The position numbers and the translations under genes are program-made. This document shows, piece after piece, positions 39,470-49,490 of a stretch of DNA of 64,000 bases. This stretch comes from Pelagibacteraceae bacterium (GTDB lineage: Bacteria; Pseudomonadota; Alphaproteobacteria; Methylaequorales; Methylaequoraceae), in the NCBI GenBank assembly GCA_042090305.1, contig JBELJQ010000001.1, forward strand, positions 6,959 through 70,958, given 5' to 3'. Positions within the stretch are counted from its first letter, which is position 1, and each line of letters starts with the position of its first letter. The notes beneath the pieces were generated by a model. That model had not been told where the DNA came from. It saw only the letters and a program-made list of their open reading frames with translations, and searched no databases.

Positions 39470-40336
39470 ATGTTTAAAAGTTTAATTAAAAAAAGCAACC
39501 ATTTATTAAAACTTGGGAGATATGACAAACCATCTGGAAGTTTATTGTTGATGTGGCCATGTTTTTGGGGGGCAATGGTTCAAATAAATGATGAGATATT
39601 ATTAATTAAGTCTTTGTTACTTTTCTTTGTCGGTTCATTTGTAATGAGAGGAGCCGGGTGTTGCATAAATGATATTTTTGATAAAGACTTTGATAAAAAA
39701 GTAAAAAGAACTCAAAATCGTCCACTTGCATCTGGAAAGCTTAAGTTAATGGATGCTTTACTTTTTACTATTTTCCAACTGCTTCTAGGATTACTGGTGG
39801 TTTTACAGTTCAAATTTAATATAATAATTGTTAGTTTCTTAATCGTACCATTTGTTTTAATCTATCCTTTGCTGAAAAGATTTACTCATTTCCCACAAGT
39901 ACTTTTAGGTTTGGTCTTCAATTGGGGGGTATTTGTCGGTTACCTATCCCAAAATAATATTTTTAATTACAACATTTTTTTCCTCTACTTAGGTGGTGTT
40001 TTTTTGACAATTGCTTATGATACAATTTACGGTTTCCAAGATATAAGTGATGATAAAAAGATTGGGGTAAAATCTTTGTCAATTTTAATAGAAAAAAAGC
40101 CAATCTTAAATCTTTCTGTTCTTTATTTTATAAGTTTTCTGTCATTTACATTGTTTTTTTTTTCATTTTATAATGATGTCTTTAAAAATACACTTTATTC
40201 GCTAATAATACTAATGTCTTTTAGTTTGCAGGTCTTTAAATTTTCTAAACGTGAGACTTTAATCAAAATTTTCAATTCCAATGTATTGTTTGGAGGTTTG
40301 ATATCCATACTTATAATTACTAGAAATTATTTATGA
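39470..40336 (+). CDS. ubiA: 4-hydroxybenzoate polyprenyltransferase
   Basis: NDIFDKDFD prenyltransferase motif and polytopic membrane topology. Confidence 0.85.
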   Translation: MFKSLIKKSNHLLKLGRYDKPSGSLLLMWPCFWGAMVQINDEILLIKSLLLFFVGSFVMRGAGCCINDIFDKDFDKKVKRTQNRPLASGKLKLMDALLFTIFQLLLGLLVVLQFKFNIIIVSFLIVPFVLIYPLLKRFTHFPQVLLGLVFNWGVFVGYLSQNNIFNYNIFFLYLGGVFLTIAYDTIYGFQDISDDKKIGVKSLSILIEKKPILNLSVLYFISFLSFTLFFFSFYNDVFKNTLYSLIILMSFSLQVFKFSKRETLIKIFNSNVLFGGLISILIITRNYL

Positions 40337-40512
40337 GGTAGTATTATATATCTTACATTACAATTATCAACATGACTCCAAGAGATTCTGTCCCATTCTT
40401 TTTTGGCATCCTCATAACTTGAAAATGGTCCAAGCTTTTGAAGATTCTCACCCTCTTTAATTTTATCGAAAGAAGTATTTTCATACTCCCCACCTATAAC
40501 CCAATAGCTCAT
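40327..40512 (-). CDS. DUF4170 family small protein
   Basis: MSYWVIGGEYENTSF...GPFSSYEDAKKEW...RYIIL matches the conserved alphaproteobacterial DUF4170 pattern. Confidence 0.6.
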   Translation of the reverse strand: MSYWVIGGEYENTSFDKIKEGENLQKLGPFSSYEDAKKEWDRISWSHVDNCNVRYIILPHK

Positions 40513-40568
40513 AATTTTTAATTGTTTATATTGTAATTATAACAAATTAAAATATAAATAATATTCCA

Positions 40569-41909
40569 ATGAATAAAAATTTTTTAGAAGATATTATAAA
40601 AAAACTAAAGGACAAAGGATGCGATCAATCTGATGTTTTCTTTTGTGAATCTAGTGTAAAGAGTTGCTCATCACGTCTTGGAAAGATTGAAAAAAAAGAA
40701 GATTCTTTTACAAAAGAAATAGGTATTCGCGCAATTGTTAATAACAGGCAAGCAATTGTATCAACTACAAATTTTGAAAAGAAAAACATTGAAAATATTT
40801 TAGATAAAGTATACCAAATGGCGAAAGTTGTCCCCAAAAATGAATATTGTGGCCTTGCTACCACTTATGAAGTTAAAAAAGTAAATAATGAAGATATCGA
40901 TAAATTAAAACTCTTTGATACTAAAAAAAAGAAGATGAATGAAATTCGAGATAAAGTTTTAGAATTAGAGGGTTCTGCCTTAGATAATAAAAAAATTATA
41001 AACTCTGAAGGTGCTGAAATATCTGTTTCAAATGACAGGTATATCCTTAAAGGCTCCAATGGTTTAGATCTAGAGTTTAAAAAATCAAACAGCTCTTTCA
41101 TAATAGCCGTTTTAGCTGGGAATGAAAAATCAATGGAAAGGCACTACGATTATAAATCAAAAATTAATTTTGAAGAACTAGGCGATTTTAAAAAAATTGG
41201 AAAAGAAGTAGCCAAAAATGCTTTAAAAAAAATAAATTCAAAAAAGATAAAAACCTGTAAATGCGATGTATTGTTTGATAAAAAAATTTCCTCCAGTCTT
41301 CTTGCAAATCTTTTTACTGCTGCTAGTGCACCTTCAATAATCAAAGGGTCAAGTTTTCTTAAAAACAAACTAGGAAAAGAAATATTTAATGAAGCTATTA
41401 ATGTTGTAGATAATCCATTAATGATAGGAAAGCTTCGTTCTAGAGTAATTGATTGTGAAGGAATAGAAGCCAAAGAAAAAAAATTAGTTGAAAATGGAAA
41501 ATTAAAATTTTTTTTTAATTCACTTAATTCAGCAAAACAAATAAAGCAAAAGCCAACTGGACATGCATCACGTTCCGTTTCATCGCTTCCAAGCCCTTCA
41601 TTCTCAAACCTTTACATGGAAAATGGAAAGGAAAAAAGAAATAAAATAATCAAAATGATGAAGAAAGGATTGATAATAAATGAATTGATGGGCAGTTCCA
41701 TAAATTACTCTAATGGTGACTACAGTAGAGGGGCTTCAGGGTTTTGGGTTGAGAATGGGGAAATTCAATTTCCTGTATCGGAAATTACAATTGCTGGTAA
41801 TTTAAATACAATGTTTAAAAATTTAATCGTCTGTAATGATTTAGAGTTCAATTTTGGATTAAATGCGCCATCATGTTTCATTGAGAATTTAACAATTGGT
41901 GGCAAATAA
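40569..41909 (+). CDS. pmbA: metalloprotease PmbA/TldE
   Basis: TldD/PmbA-family fold without the HExxxH motif; 446 aa. Confidence 0.8.
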   Translation: MNKNFLEDIIKKLKDKGCDQSDVFFCESSVKSCSSRLGKIEKKEDSFTKEIGIRAIVNNRQAIVSTTNFEKKNIENILDKVYQMAKVVPKNEYCGLATTYEVKKVNNEDIDKLKLFDTKKKKMNEIRDKVLELEGSALDNKKIINSEGAEISVSNDRYILKGSNGLDLEFKKSNSSFIIAVLAGNEKSMERHYDYKSKINFEELGDFKKIGKEVAKNALKKINSKKIKTCKCDVLFDKKISSSLLANLFTAASAPSIIKGSSFLKNKLGKEIFNEAINVVDNPLMIGKLRSRVIDCEGIEAKEKKLVENGKLKFFFNSLNSAKQIKQKPTGHASRSVSSLPSPSFSNLYMENGKEKRNKIIKMMKKGLIINELMGSSINYSNGDYSRGASGFWVENGEIQFPVSEITIAGNLNTMFKNLIVCNDLEFNFGLNAPSCFIENLTIGGK

Positions 41910-42696
41910 CTTGTTAGATAAATCTTCAACCAGCGAACTTAATAAGATATCCAAAATAGGCCTGAATGAAGCATGTAAAATAGCTTTGAAACTTAAAGAT
42001 AAACTTAATGTAACCTATAAATCAGAATCTCAACCTGTTACAAATGCTGATAAAGAAATTGATAAATATTTAAAATCGTTTTATGAGACTCATACCCCTT
42101 CAATTGGTTGGTTATCCGAAGAAAGTACTGATGATAAGTCAAGATTTCAAAAAGATTCATTTTGGTGTTTAGATCCTATTGATGGAACAAGATCATACAT
42201 TAATCAAAAACCAGAATATACCATTTCTCTAGCATTAATTAAAAAAAACAAACCAATTTTAGGGTACGTTATTAACCCAGAAACAAAGGAGTTTTTCTTT
42301 TCGGAAAAAGGTAAGGGATCATTTTGTAATGACAAAAAAATAATTGTTAAACAAAAAAATAATTTTAATAATTGTAATATTACTGTTAGTAGTTCAGAAA
42401 TTAATAAATTAAATAGTTATGAGGCACTTAAGAAAAAACAAATAATAAAACTTGGATCGATTGCATATAAAATTGCTTTAGTAGCTAAAGGTCAATTGGA
42501 TATCGCGATAAGTTTTACTAAAAAGAACGATTGGGATTTAGCCGCAGCACATTTACTTGTAGAAGAAGCTGGCGGTAAAATAGTACAATTGGATGGAAAG
42601 CAAATCACTTATAATACTGATTCATGTAAAATTAATTCAGTAATGGCTTCAAATTACTCCCTAATCAATAATCTAGAAAAAATTTTCAATAAATAA
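41896..42696 (+). CDS. cysQ: inositol monophosphatase family / 3'(2'),5'-bisphosphate nucleotidase (CysQ-like)
   Basis: WCLDPIDGTRSY metal-binding motif and C-terminal WDLAAAHLLVEEAGG. Probable GTG start. Confidence 0.75.
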   Translation: MVANNLLDKSSTSELNKISKIGLNEACKIALKLKDKLNVTYKSESQPVTNADKEIDKYLKSFYETHTPSIGWLSEESTDDKSRFQKDSFWCLDPIDGTRSYINQKPEYTISLALIKKNKPILGYVINPETKEFFFSEKGKGSFCNDKKIIVKQKNNFNNCNITVSSSEINKLNSYEALKKKQIIKLGSIAYKIALVAKGQLDIAISFTKKNDWDLAAAHLLVEEAGGKIVQLDGKQITYNTDSCKINSVMASNYSLINNLEKIFNK

Positions 42697-42702
42697 TCAT
42701 TA

Positions 42703-44478
42703 ATGAGAAATCAAACTACATCAAAGTTATTAAAAAGAATCTTTGATAACTATATAATACAGCATAAATTTAAATTATTCATAGCCTTTATATGTATGAC
42801 AATTATTGCAGCAGCTACTGCAATAAATGCTTGGCTTATGCAGCCAGTTTTAGATGAAATTTTTATAAAAAAAAATCAAAGATTAATTTATATTATTCCT
42901 ATAGCGGTTTTGCTGATAGCAGTATTTAAAGGAATCGCATCATACTTTCAATCTATTCTAATGAGCTTTGTAGGTTTTAAAATGGTATCACAAATACAAA
43001 AAAATATGTTTCAGAATATTATAAAATGTGACTTATCTTACTTTAATCAAATAAATTCAGGAATATTAGTCTCAAGGTTTATCTCTGATGTAGGTTCAAT
43101 ATCTAGAGGAATTCATAATGTAATAATAAACATTGTAAAAGATTCTCTTACATTTTTATTCTTAATTGGTGTGATGTTTTACCATGACTATAAATTAGCA
43201 TTTATTTCATTATTAATTTTTCCCTTAGCAATTTATCCAATAAGCAGAATTGGTAAACGCTTAAGAAAAATATCAAAAAATACTCAAATTGGGTTTGGTC
43301 AACTTACTTCAAAACTATCCGAATCATTTGGTTCAGTAAAAACTATAAAATCTTTCAATTCAGAAAAGCATGAGACTGCTAAAATAAGTCATGAAGTTGA
43401 AAATATTTTTAATTTAACTTTCAAATCAACTAAGGTAAATTCTATATCTCGTCCCTTAATGGAGACACTTGGTGGATTGGCAATTGCGGTGATTATTTAT
43501 ATAGGTGGAAGCCAAGTTATAATGGAACAAACTACGCCTGGAACATTTTTTTCTTTTTTAACAGCTCTTCTAATGGCTTATCAACCTGTTAAATCATTAG
43601 CTAGTTTGAATGCTACCCTTCAAATTTCAATGGCGTCTGCAGAAAGAATCTTTGAAATTCTTGACAAAAAGCCAACCATTAAAGATATCCCATATCCATC
43701 AAAGATAAATCTAAAAGACCGAGAGAATAAAAACCTCATAATCTCAAAGGTTTCTTTTAAATATCCTTTATCTAACAAGCTAATTTTAAAAGATATAGAT
43801 ATGAAAATTTATGATGGTGAGAAAATAGCTATAGTTGGACACTCCGGTGCAGGTAAAACTTCTTTGATGAATTTGTTACCACGGTTTTTTGATCCCACAA
43901 AAGGTGAAATTAGAATTGGAGAAGAAAATATTAAAAATTTAAGTTTAAAATTTGTTAGAAATTATTTCTCTCTTGTAAGTCAAGATATAGTATTATTTGA
44001 TGATACAATTAAATATAATATTTGTTATGGGATAAATAGTGTTAATAACTTGGAATTAAATAGGGCATGTAAAAAGTCTAATTGTGATGAATTTATCAAA
44101 AAATTCCCCAATAAAATTAATCAATTAGTTGGAGAAAATGGAGCTAAACTATCAGGTGGTCAAAGACAAAGAATTGCAATTGCGAGAGCTTTTCTTAAAA
44201 ATTCACCATTTCTTCTTCTTGATGAAGCAACCTCCTCTCTTGACTCCAAATCAGAAAATAAAATAAATAGGTCACTTGAACAATTAATGAAAAACCGCAC
44301 TACATTAGTTATTGCTCATAGACTTTCAACAATTATTGATGCAGATAGAATAGTTATATTAGATGCTGGTAAAATAATAGATATTGGAAGACATAAAGAA
44401 TTGTTAAAAAAATCTAAAATATATCAAAATTTATACAAACTTCAATTTAAGAAAGAAGATGTTAAAAAATTTACTTAG
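42703..44478 (+). CDS. msbA: ABC transporter permease/ATPase, MsbA-like lipid exporter
   Basis: 6-TM exporter domain plus an NBD with GHSGAGKTS, LSGGQRQRIAIARA and LLLDEATSSLD. Confidence 0.85.
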   Translation: MRNQTTSKLLKRIFDNYIIQHKFKLFIAFICMTIIAAATAINAWLMQPVLDEIFIKKNQRLIYIIPIAVLLIAVFKGIASYFQSILMSFVGFKMVSQIQKNMFQNIIKCDLSYFNQINSGILVSRFISDVGSISRGIHNVIINIVKDSLTFLFLIGVMFYHDYKLAFISLLIFPLAIYPISRIGKRLRKISKNTQIGFGQLTSKLSESFGSVKTIKSFNSEKHETAKISHEVENIFNLTFKSTKVNSISRPLMETLGGLAIAVIIYIGGSQVIMEQTTPGTFFSFLTALLMAYQPVKSLASLNATLQISMASAERIFEILDKKPTIKDIPYPSKINLKDRENKNLIISKVSFKYPLSNKLILKDIDMKIYDGEKIAIVGHSGAGKTSLMNLLPRFFDPTKGEIRIGEENIKNLSLKFVRNYFSLVSQDIVLFDDTIKYNICYGINSVNNLELNRACKKSNCDEFIKKFPNKINQLVGENGAKLSGGQRQRIAIARAFLKNSPFLLLDEATSSLDSKSENKINRSLEQLMKNRTTLVIAHRLSTIIDADRIVILDAGKIIDIGRHKELLKKSKIYQNLYKLQFKKEDVKKFT

Positions 44479-45115
44479 ACATGAACTATTTCAAAAAGTT
44501 ACAGGACTTCTTATTGCTTATTATTTAAAAATTTGTTTTCAAACATCTGTATGGAATATTAAGAATGAAAAAGTAATTAGTAAATTACTTAGAAAAAAAA
44601 AAAAGATAATAGTTTGCTTCTGGCACAGCAAACTACTGATGATGGTTTTTTGTTGGAATTACCCAAATAAATTTAAAATGCTGATCTCTGGCCACAGAGA
44701 TGGAAAAATAATATCAAACGCTGTTTCACATTTTGGTATAGAGACTATTTCTGGTTCATCCAGAAAAAATATGATTTCTTCATTAAAACAAATTATTTTT
44801 CAACTTAATCAAAAAAATGTTGTAGGAATTACCCCTGATGGACCCAAAGGACCTAAAGAGAAAATTAAGAATGGATTAGTTTCACTAATAAAAAAAACAG
44901 ATGCTGTAATAGTTCCTTTGACTTACTCCGCTAGATTCAAAATCACATTAAATACTTGGGATAATTTTTTAATGGTGTTTCCATTTAATAAGTTTGTGGC
45001 AGTTTGGGGAGATCCATTTAATTATAATTCGAACTGTAATTTTGAAGAAAATAAAAAAAAACTTCAGGATGAATTTGAACGATTAGAAAAACTTTCTAAA
45101 AATCTATCCAGTTAG
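44459..45115 (+). CDS. DUF374 lysophospholipid-acyltransferase-like protein
   Basis: FWHSKLL, SGHRDGKIIS and TPDGPKGPK motifs of DUF374, which is conserved immediately upstream of kdtA. Confidence 0.7.
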   Translation: MLKNLLRHELFQKVTGLLIAYYLKICFQTSVWNIKNEKVISKLLRKKKKIIVCFWHSKLLMMVFCWNYPNKFKMLISGHRDGKIISNAVSHFGIETISGSSRKNMISSLKQIIFQLNQKNVVGITPDGPKGPKEKIKNGLVSLIKKTDAVIVPLTYSARFKITLNTWDNFLMVFPFNKFVAVWGDPFNYNSNCNFEENKKKLQDEFERLEKLSKNLSS

Positions 45116-45116
45116 A

Positions 45117-46367
45117 ATGATAATTAAAATTTACAAACTAATTTCGAATCTTTTAATTGTTCCAATTATAAGTTTTTTTATACTAAGGCTTTTTATTGGT
45201 AAAGAAAACCTCAAAAGTCTTAGACAAAAGTTTTCAATTTATAAGTATAAAATTAAAAGGAAAAAAAAACTTGTTTGGATAAATGCTGTAAGTATCGGTG
45301 AATCAAAAGTAGGAGTCACTATTGCTGATAAAATAAAGTCTAAATATTCCAATTATGATGTTTTGCTTACAACATCAACAATAAGTTCCTACAAATTACT
45401 TAAATCAATGGACCTTAATTTAACTGTTATTTATGCGCCTGTTGATATTAGTATTATTGTTAATAGATTTGTCGATTTATGGAGGCCATCTATTGCAATT
45501 TTTGTTGAATCAGAAATATGGCCCAGCACATTTTCGATATTAAAGAATAGAAAAATAAAACTTAAAATATTGAATGCAAGAATGTCAGAGAATTCCTTTA
45601 ATAAATGGAATCAATTTAATTCCTTCTCCAAAGAGATATTTAAACTTATCGACGAGTGCTATGTTCAAGATAAATATTCTGAAGTAAGGTATTCAAAACT
45701 TGGCGTTAAAAGAATATTAAGAATACCAAATATTAAATTTCTTACAAAAAAACCTACTTTTAGTAAGTTAGAGTTTTCAAAATTTAATGCTCTTCTTAAA
45801 GAAAAGTTTGTGATTACAATTTTCAGTACTCATAAAGGAGAAGAGAGAATGATTATTGAATCACTTGATTATCTTATAAGTAACACAAATAATTTATTTA
45901 TTATTATTATCCCAAGACATGTAAAAAGAACTCATTCAATTGAGAAAATACTAAAAAAACATAAAATATCTTATACACTTAGATCTAAATTCATTAAATC
46001 CCAAAGAAATAATAGGGTCTTATTAGTTGATTCATTTGGAGAACTTCCATTATTTTTTAAACTCTCAAAAATAGCTATTGTGGGTGGGTCCTTTTATAAT
46101 AAAGGTGGACAAAATCCAATTGAAGCTTCGTTCTTTGATTGTTCTGTTATCTTTGGACCGTACATGTCAAATTTTTCGGATATTTCAAGAAAAATGTTAG
46201 ATTACAACGCTGGTTTCCAAGTTAATGACAAAAATGAATTAAATAAAAAGATTTTACTACTCTCCAATAATGAAAAACTCAGAATAAAAACATCTAAAAA
46301 TTTTAAAAATCTATGTAATAATCAGAACTTAATATCTTCAAAAATTTTTAATAAGATATTGGAGTGA
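45117..46367 (+). CDS. waaA: 3-deoxy-D-manno-octulosonic acid (Kdo) transferase
   Basis: N-terminal membrane anchor, GT30 domain with WINAVSIGE; located between msbA and lpxK. Confidence 0.85.
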   Translation: MIIKIYKLISNLLIVPIISFFILRLFIGKENLKSLRQKFSIYKYKIKRKKKLVWINAVSIGESKVGVTIADKIKSKYSNYDVLLTTSTISSYKLLKSMDLNLTVIYAPVDISIIVNRFVDLWRPSIAIFVESEIWPSTFSILKNRKIKLKILNARMSENSFNKWNQFNSFSKEIFKLIDECYVQDKYSEVRYSKLGVKRILRIPNIKFLTKKPTFSKLEFSKFNALLKEKFVITIFSTHKGEERMIIESLDYLISNTNNLFIIIIPRHVKRTHSIEKILKKHKISYTLRSKFIKSQRNNRVLLVDSFGELPLFFKLSKIAIVGGSFYNKGGQNPIEASFFDCSVIFGPYMSNFSDISRKMLDYNAGFQVNDKNELNKKILLLSNNEKLRIKTSKNFKNLCNNQNLISSKIFNKILE

Positions 46368-46371
46368 AATA

Positions 46372-47331
46372 ATGCAATTAACTAAAAAAGTTTGGCAACA
46401 GAAAAATATCTTGAGTAATTTTCTGTATCCTTTTAGTTATATTTATCTATTAAGTTATTTTGTGTATAGATTATTTAAGTCAGAAAAAAAACTTAATATA
46501 CCTATTATTTGTGTAGGGAATATTGTGTCTGGTGGTGCAGGAAAAACTCCTGTTTCTATTGAATTAAGAAAAATTTTATCAAAAAGATTTAAAAACATTT
46601 TTATACTCTTAAGAGGCTATAAAGGAAGAAAAAAAGGACCACTGTTAGTAAAAAAAGAGGATAAATATACTGATGTAGGTGATGAAAGTTTAATTCATTC
46701 CTTCTTTGGTAAAACATGTATGTCAAAGGATAAAGTGTTAGGAGCCGATTATTGTTTGAGAAGGGGGGGAGATTTGATTATTATGGACGATGGTTTACAA
46801 AGTATAGACGTAAAAAGAAGTATTAATATACTCGTTATTGATAATGAATACAAATTTGGAAATAAAAGAATTATTCCAGCTGGCCCACTCAGGCAAACCA
46901 TAAAAAGCTCAATCTTAATGGCTGATTTTACATTCATAATAGGGCAAAAAAAAACAAATTTTTTTGAGAATCTAAAGTTCAAGAATATTTTCTACGCCCG
47001 AAAAAAAATTTTCATAGATACAAATAAAAAAAACTTATATGCCTTTTCAGGTCTGGGCAATAATCTTAGTTTTTTTAATTCTATAAAGGAATCTAATTAT
47101 AATTTAAAAAAATATAAAGAATTCAATGATCACCATTCTTATAAAGATTATGAAATTGAGGAAATGATTAATGAGTCAAAAAAATTAAAGCTTCAGCTTG
47201 TATGTACACAAAAAGATTTTATCAAAATTAATGAAAAGTATAAAAAATTTATTATTGTAGTGGAAATGAATCTAGAGTTTGAAAACATAAAAGCTTTAGT
47301 AAGAAAACTTAATGATTCTTTAAATGTTTAA
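46372..47331 (+). CDS. lpxK: tetraacyldisaccharide 4'-kinase
   Basis: P-loop VGNIVSGGAGKTP and GDE motif. Confidence 0.9.
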   Translation: MQLTKKVWQQKNILSNFLYPFSYIYLLSYFVYRLFKSEKKLNIPIICVGNIVSGGAGKTPVSIELRKILSKRFKNIFILLRGYKGRKKGPLLVKKEDKYTDVGDESLIHSFFGKTCMSKDKVLGADYCLRRGGDLIIMDDGLQSIDVKRSINILVIDNEYKFGNKRIIPAGPLRQTIKSSILMADFTFIIGQKKTNFFENLKFKNIFYARKKIFIDTNKKNLYAFSGLGNNLSFFNSIKESNYNLKKYKEFNDHHSYKDYEIEEMINESKKLKLQLVCTQKDFIKINEKYKKFIIVVEMNLEFENIKALVRKLNDSLNV

Positions 47332-48125
47332 TTTAGTTCATAGTGTAAAACTGACATAGGGTCTACTGAAGTCTCATTCAAATAAATCCCCCAGTGCAAG
47401 TGGGGACCCGAAGCTCTTCCTGTCATTCCAACTGTTCCAATCTTCTCTCCTCGGTTTATTTTATCTCCCACATTGACATTTATTTCTTCAAGGTGAGCAA
47501 AAATTGAAATTAAGCCTAGACCGTGATCCATTATTATAGTTTTTCCAGTAAAAAACATATCATCTTCAGATAATTTTATCACTCCTGATGATGGTGCTAT
47601 AATATCTGTTCCTAAGGGTGCAGCAATATCAATTCCCTTGTGAGGACTCCTAGGTTTTGAGTTTAAAATTCTCTGACTTCCATAAACACCACTTATTCTT
47701 CCCTTTACAGGAGTAATAAACTTTTTTTCAAAAAGTCTTTTACGTTGACCAGTTTTTTTGCTTTGTTTGATTTTTAATTGATCTCTTTTAATTTTATTTA
47801 TTTCTTTTTGACTAGGCTCAACTTTACTCTTAGGTAGTCCATTAATGAGTTCAACTTTGTATTTTTTTTTTTCCACATCAAATCTTTTTTTTTTTCCATT
47901 AATTGAAATCTCAAAATTATTATCAAACTTTCTACCAAAAGCATAAATAAAATTTCCATCTTCATATATTTGAATTTTACTTTGATTTATTTTGATCAAA
48001 TTATCGAGGGTTTTAAGCTTACCAGTAATAACTCCACCCTCACAAAAACAACCTGAAATTTCTGGAAAATCATCTGCTGATAAGTCCATCTGCCAAAAAA
48101 GAAGAATTATAAAATAAATAATCAT
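47328..48125 (-). CDS. M23 family peptidoglycan metalloendopeptidase, secreted
   Basis: HKGIDIAAPLGT...HLHWGIY zinc ligands. Confidence 0.85.
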   Translation of the reverse strand: MIIYFIILLFWQMDLSADDFPEISGCFCEGGVITGKLKTLDNLIKINQSKIQIYEDGNFIYAFGRKFDNNFEISINGKKKRFDVEKKKYKVELINGLPKSKVEPSQKEINKIKRDQLKIKQSKKTGQRKRLFEKKFITPVKGRISGVYGSQRILNSKPRSPHKGIDIAAPLGTDIIAPSSGVIKLSEDDMFFTGKTIIMDHGLGLISIFAHLEEINVNVGDKINRGEKIGTVGMTGRASGPHLHWGIYLNETSVDPMSVLHYELN

Positions 48126-49444
48126 ATTTTCTTTGCTGAAACTCTATCTTTATAGAACTCGATTTCGAATGTTTTATCTTTTTCGAGTTGTTTTTCACTT
48201 TGTACTAACTTATTTTTATATTTAACCACAGAAAATCCTCTTTTTAGTGTATTTCTATAAGATAATGATAAAAGTTGTCTTTTAATTGAAACTAAATTTG
48301 TTTTTTTGTATTTTTGAATATTTTTCAAATTATTGATTATCGATGATTTTAAATTTTCTAAATTTTCTAACAAATATTCGATTTTAGTAGTTAAATTTCT
48401 TCTGCTAAGACTTTCAATTTTTGAGTAAAAATTTAACTTCGTAGTATTTATTAAAGATTTGAGATATTGGGTAATTTTGGTCTCAAACAAATCAAGTGTT
48501 TGGAATTTATTATTAATATTATTAGATAAATCTGGAAGTCTTAAATTAAGATTTGTAAATGTAATTTTAACTTCACCTAAATTTTTTAAAATAATATTAT
48601 CTAATAAAGATTTACTAGAATTAATTTTAGATAAGAGTTCTTTACGATCTGGTACAGCTATTTCTGCAGCAGCTGTTGGTGTCGGTGCCCTTAGATCAGA
48701 AACAAGATCACATAACGTAAAATCAGTTTCATGTCCCACTGCTGATATAACAGGTATTGTTGATCTGTGAATTGCTAAAACTAGTTCCTCTTCATTGAAG
48801 GACATCAAATCTTCTAAACTCCCACCTCCACGTGCGATAATTATTAAATCTGGTGGATTCATACATTTATTAAAATACTTTAATCCATTTAAAAGATCAG
48901 CTAGACTCCTAGCTCCCTGGACATTTGCTGAGTATAAAGTAAGTGTTAGAGGGTATCTTTCAGATATTCTATGAATTATATCCTTAAAAACTGCGCCTGT
49001 TTCAGATGTAATTACACCAATATTTTTTGGAATTTTTGGTATCTGGATTTTCTTTTCCAAATCAAAATATCCAAGAGATGCCAATTTTTTTTTTCTATTT
49101 TCTAATATCTGTAAAAGTGTTCCTTCTCCTTCATAATCAATTTGATCTACGATTAGTTGATATTTTGATTGCAAGTCATAGGTAGTTATCTTTCCTTTAA
49201 TTATAACCTTAATTCCATCTTCAATTTTAATATTCAATTTTGGAACTGTAGACCTCCAACAGATAACTGAAATAATGCTATTTGCGTCTTTAAGAGTCAA
49301 ATAAATATGACCCGAAGAATGTTTATTTATTTGGGATATTTCGCCTTTTACTTTAATAGTATTAAAATTTTTTTCTATTATACTTTTAATTGAAAAATTT
49401 AATTCAGATACAGAATATTCTTTAATGTTTGATATTAAATTCAT
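48122..49444 (-). CDS. xseA: exodeoxyribonuclease VII large subunit
   Basis: N-terminal OB fold, GVITSETGAVFKDIIHRISERYP, IIARGGGS. Confidence 0.9.
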   Translation of the reverse strand: MNLISNIKEYSVSELNFSIKSIIEKNFNTIKVKGEISQINKHSSGHIYLTLKDANSIISVICWRSTVPKLNIKIEDGIKVIIKGKITTYDLQSKYQLIVDQIDYEGEGTLLQILENRKKKLASLGYFDLEKKIQIPKIPKNIGVITSETGAVFKDIIHRISERYPLTLTLYSANVQGARSLADLLNGLKYFNKCMNPPDLIIIARGGGSLEDLMSFNEEELVLAIHRSTIPVISAVGHETDFTLCDLVSDLRAPTPTAAAEIAVPDRKELLSKINSSKSLLDNIILKNLGEVKITFTNLNLRLPDLSNNINNKFQTLDLFETKITQYLKSLINTTKLNFYSKIESLSRRNLTTKIEYLLENLENLKSSIINNLKNIQKYKKTNLVSIKRQLLSLSYRNTLKRGFSVVKYKNKLVQSEKQLEKDKTFEIEFYKDRVSAKKI

Positions 49445-49490
49445 ACTAATACGTTTATAATTATCATATTAAAATTAAAAGGAAAAACTA

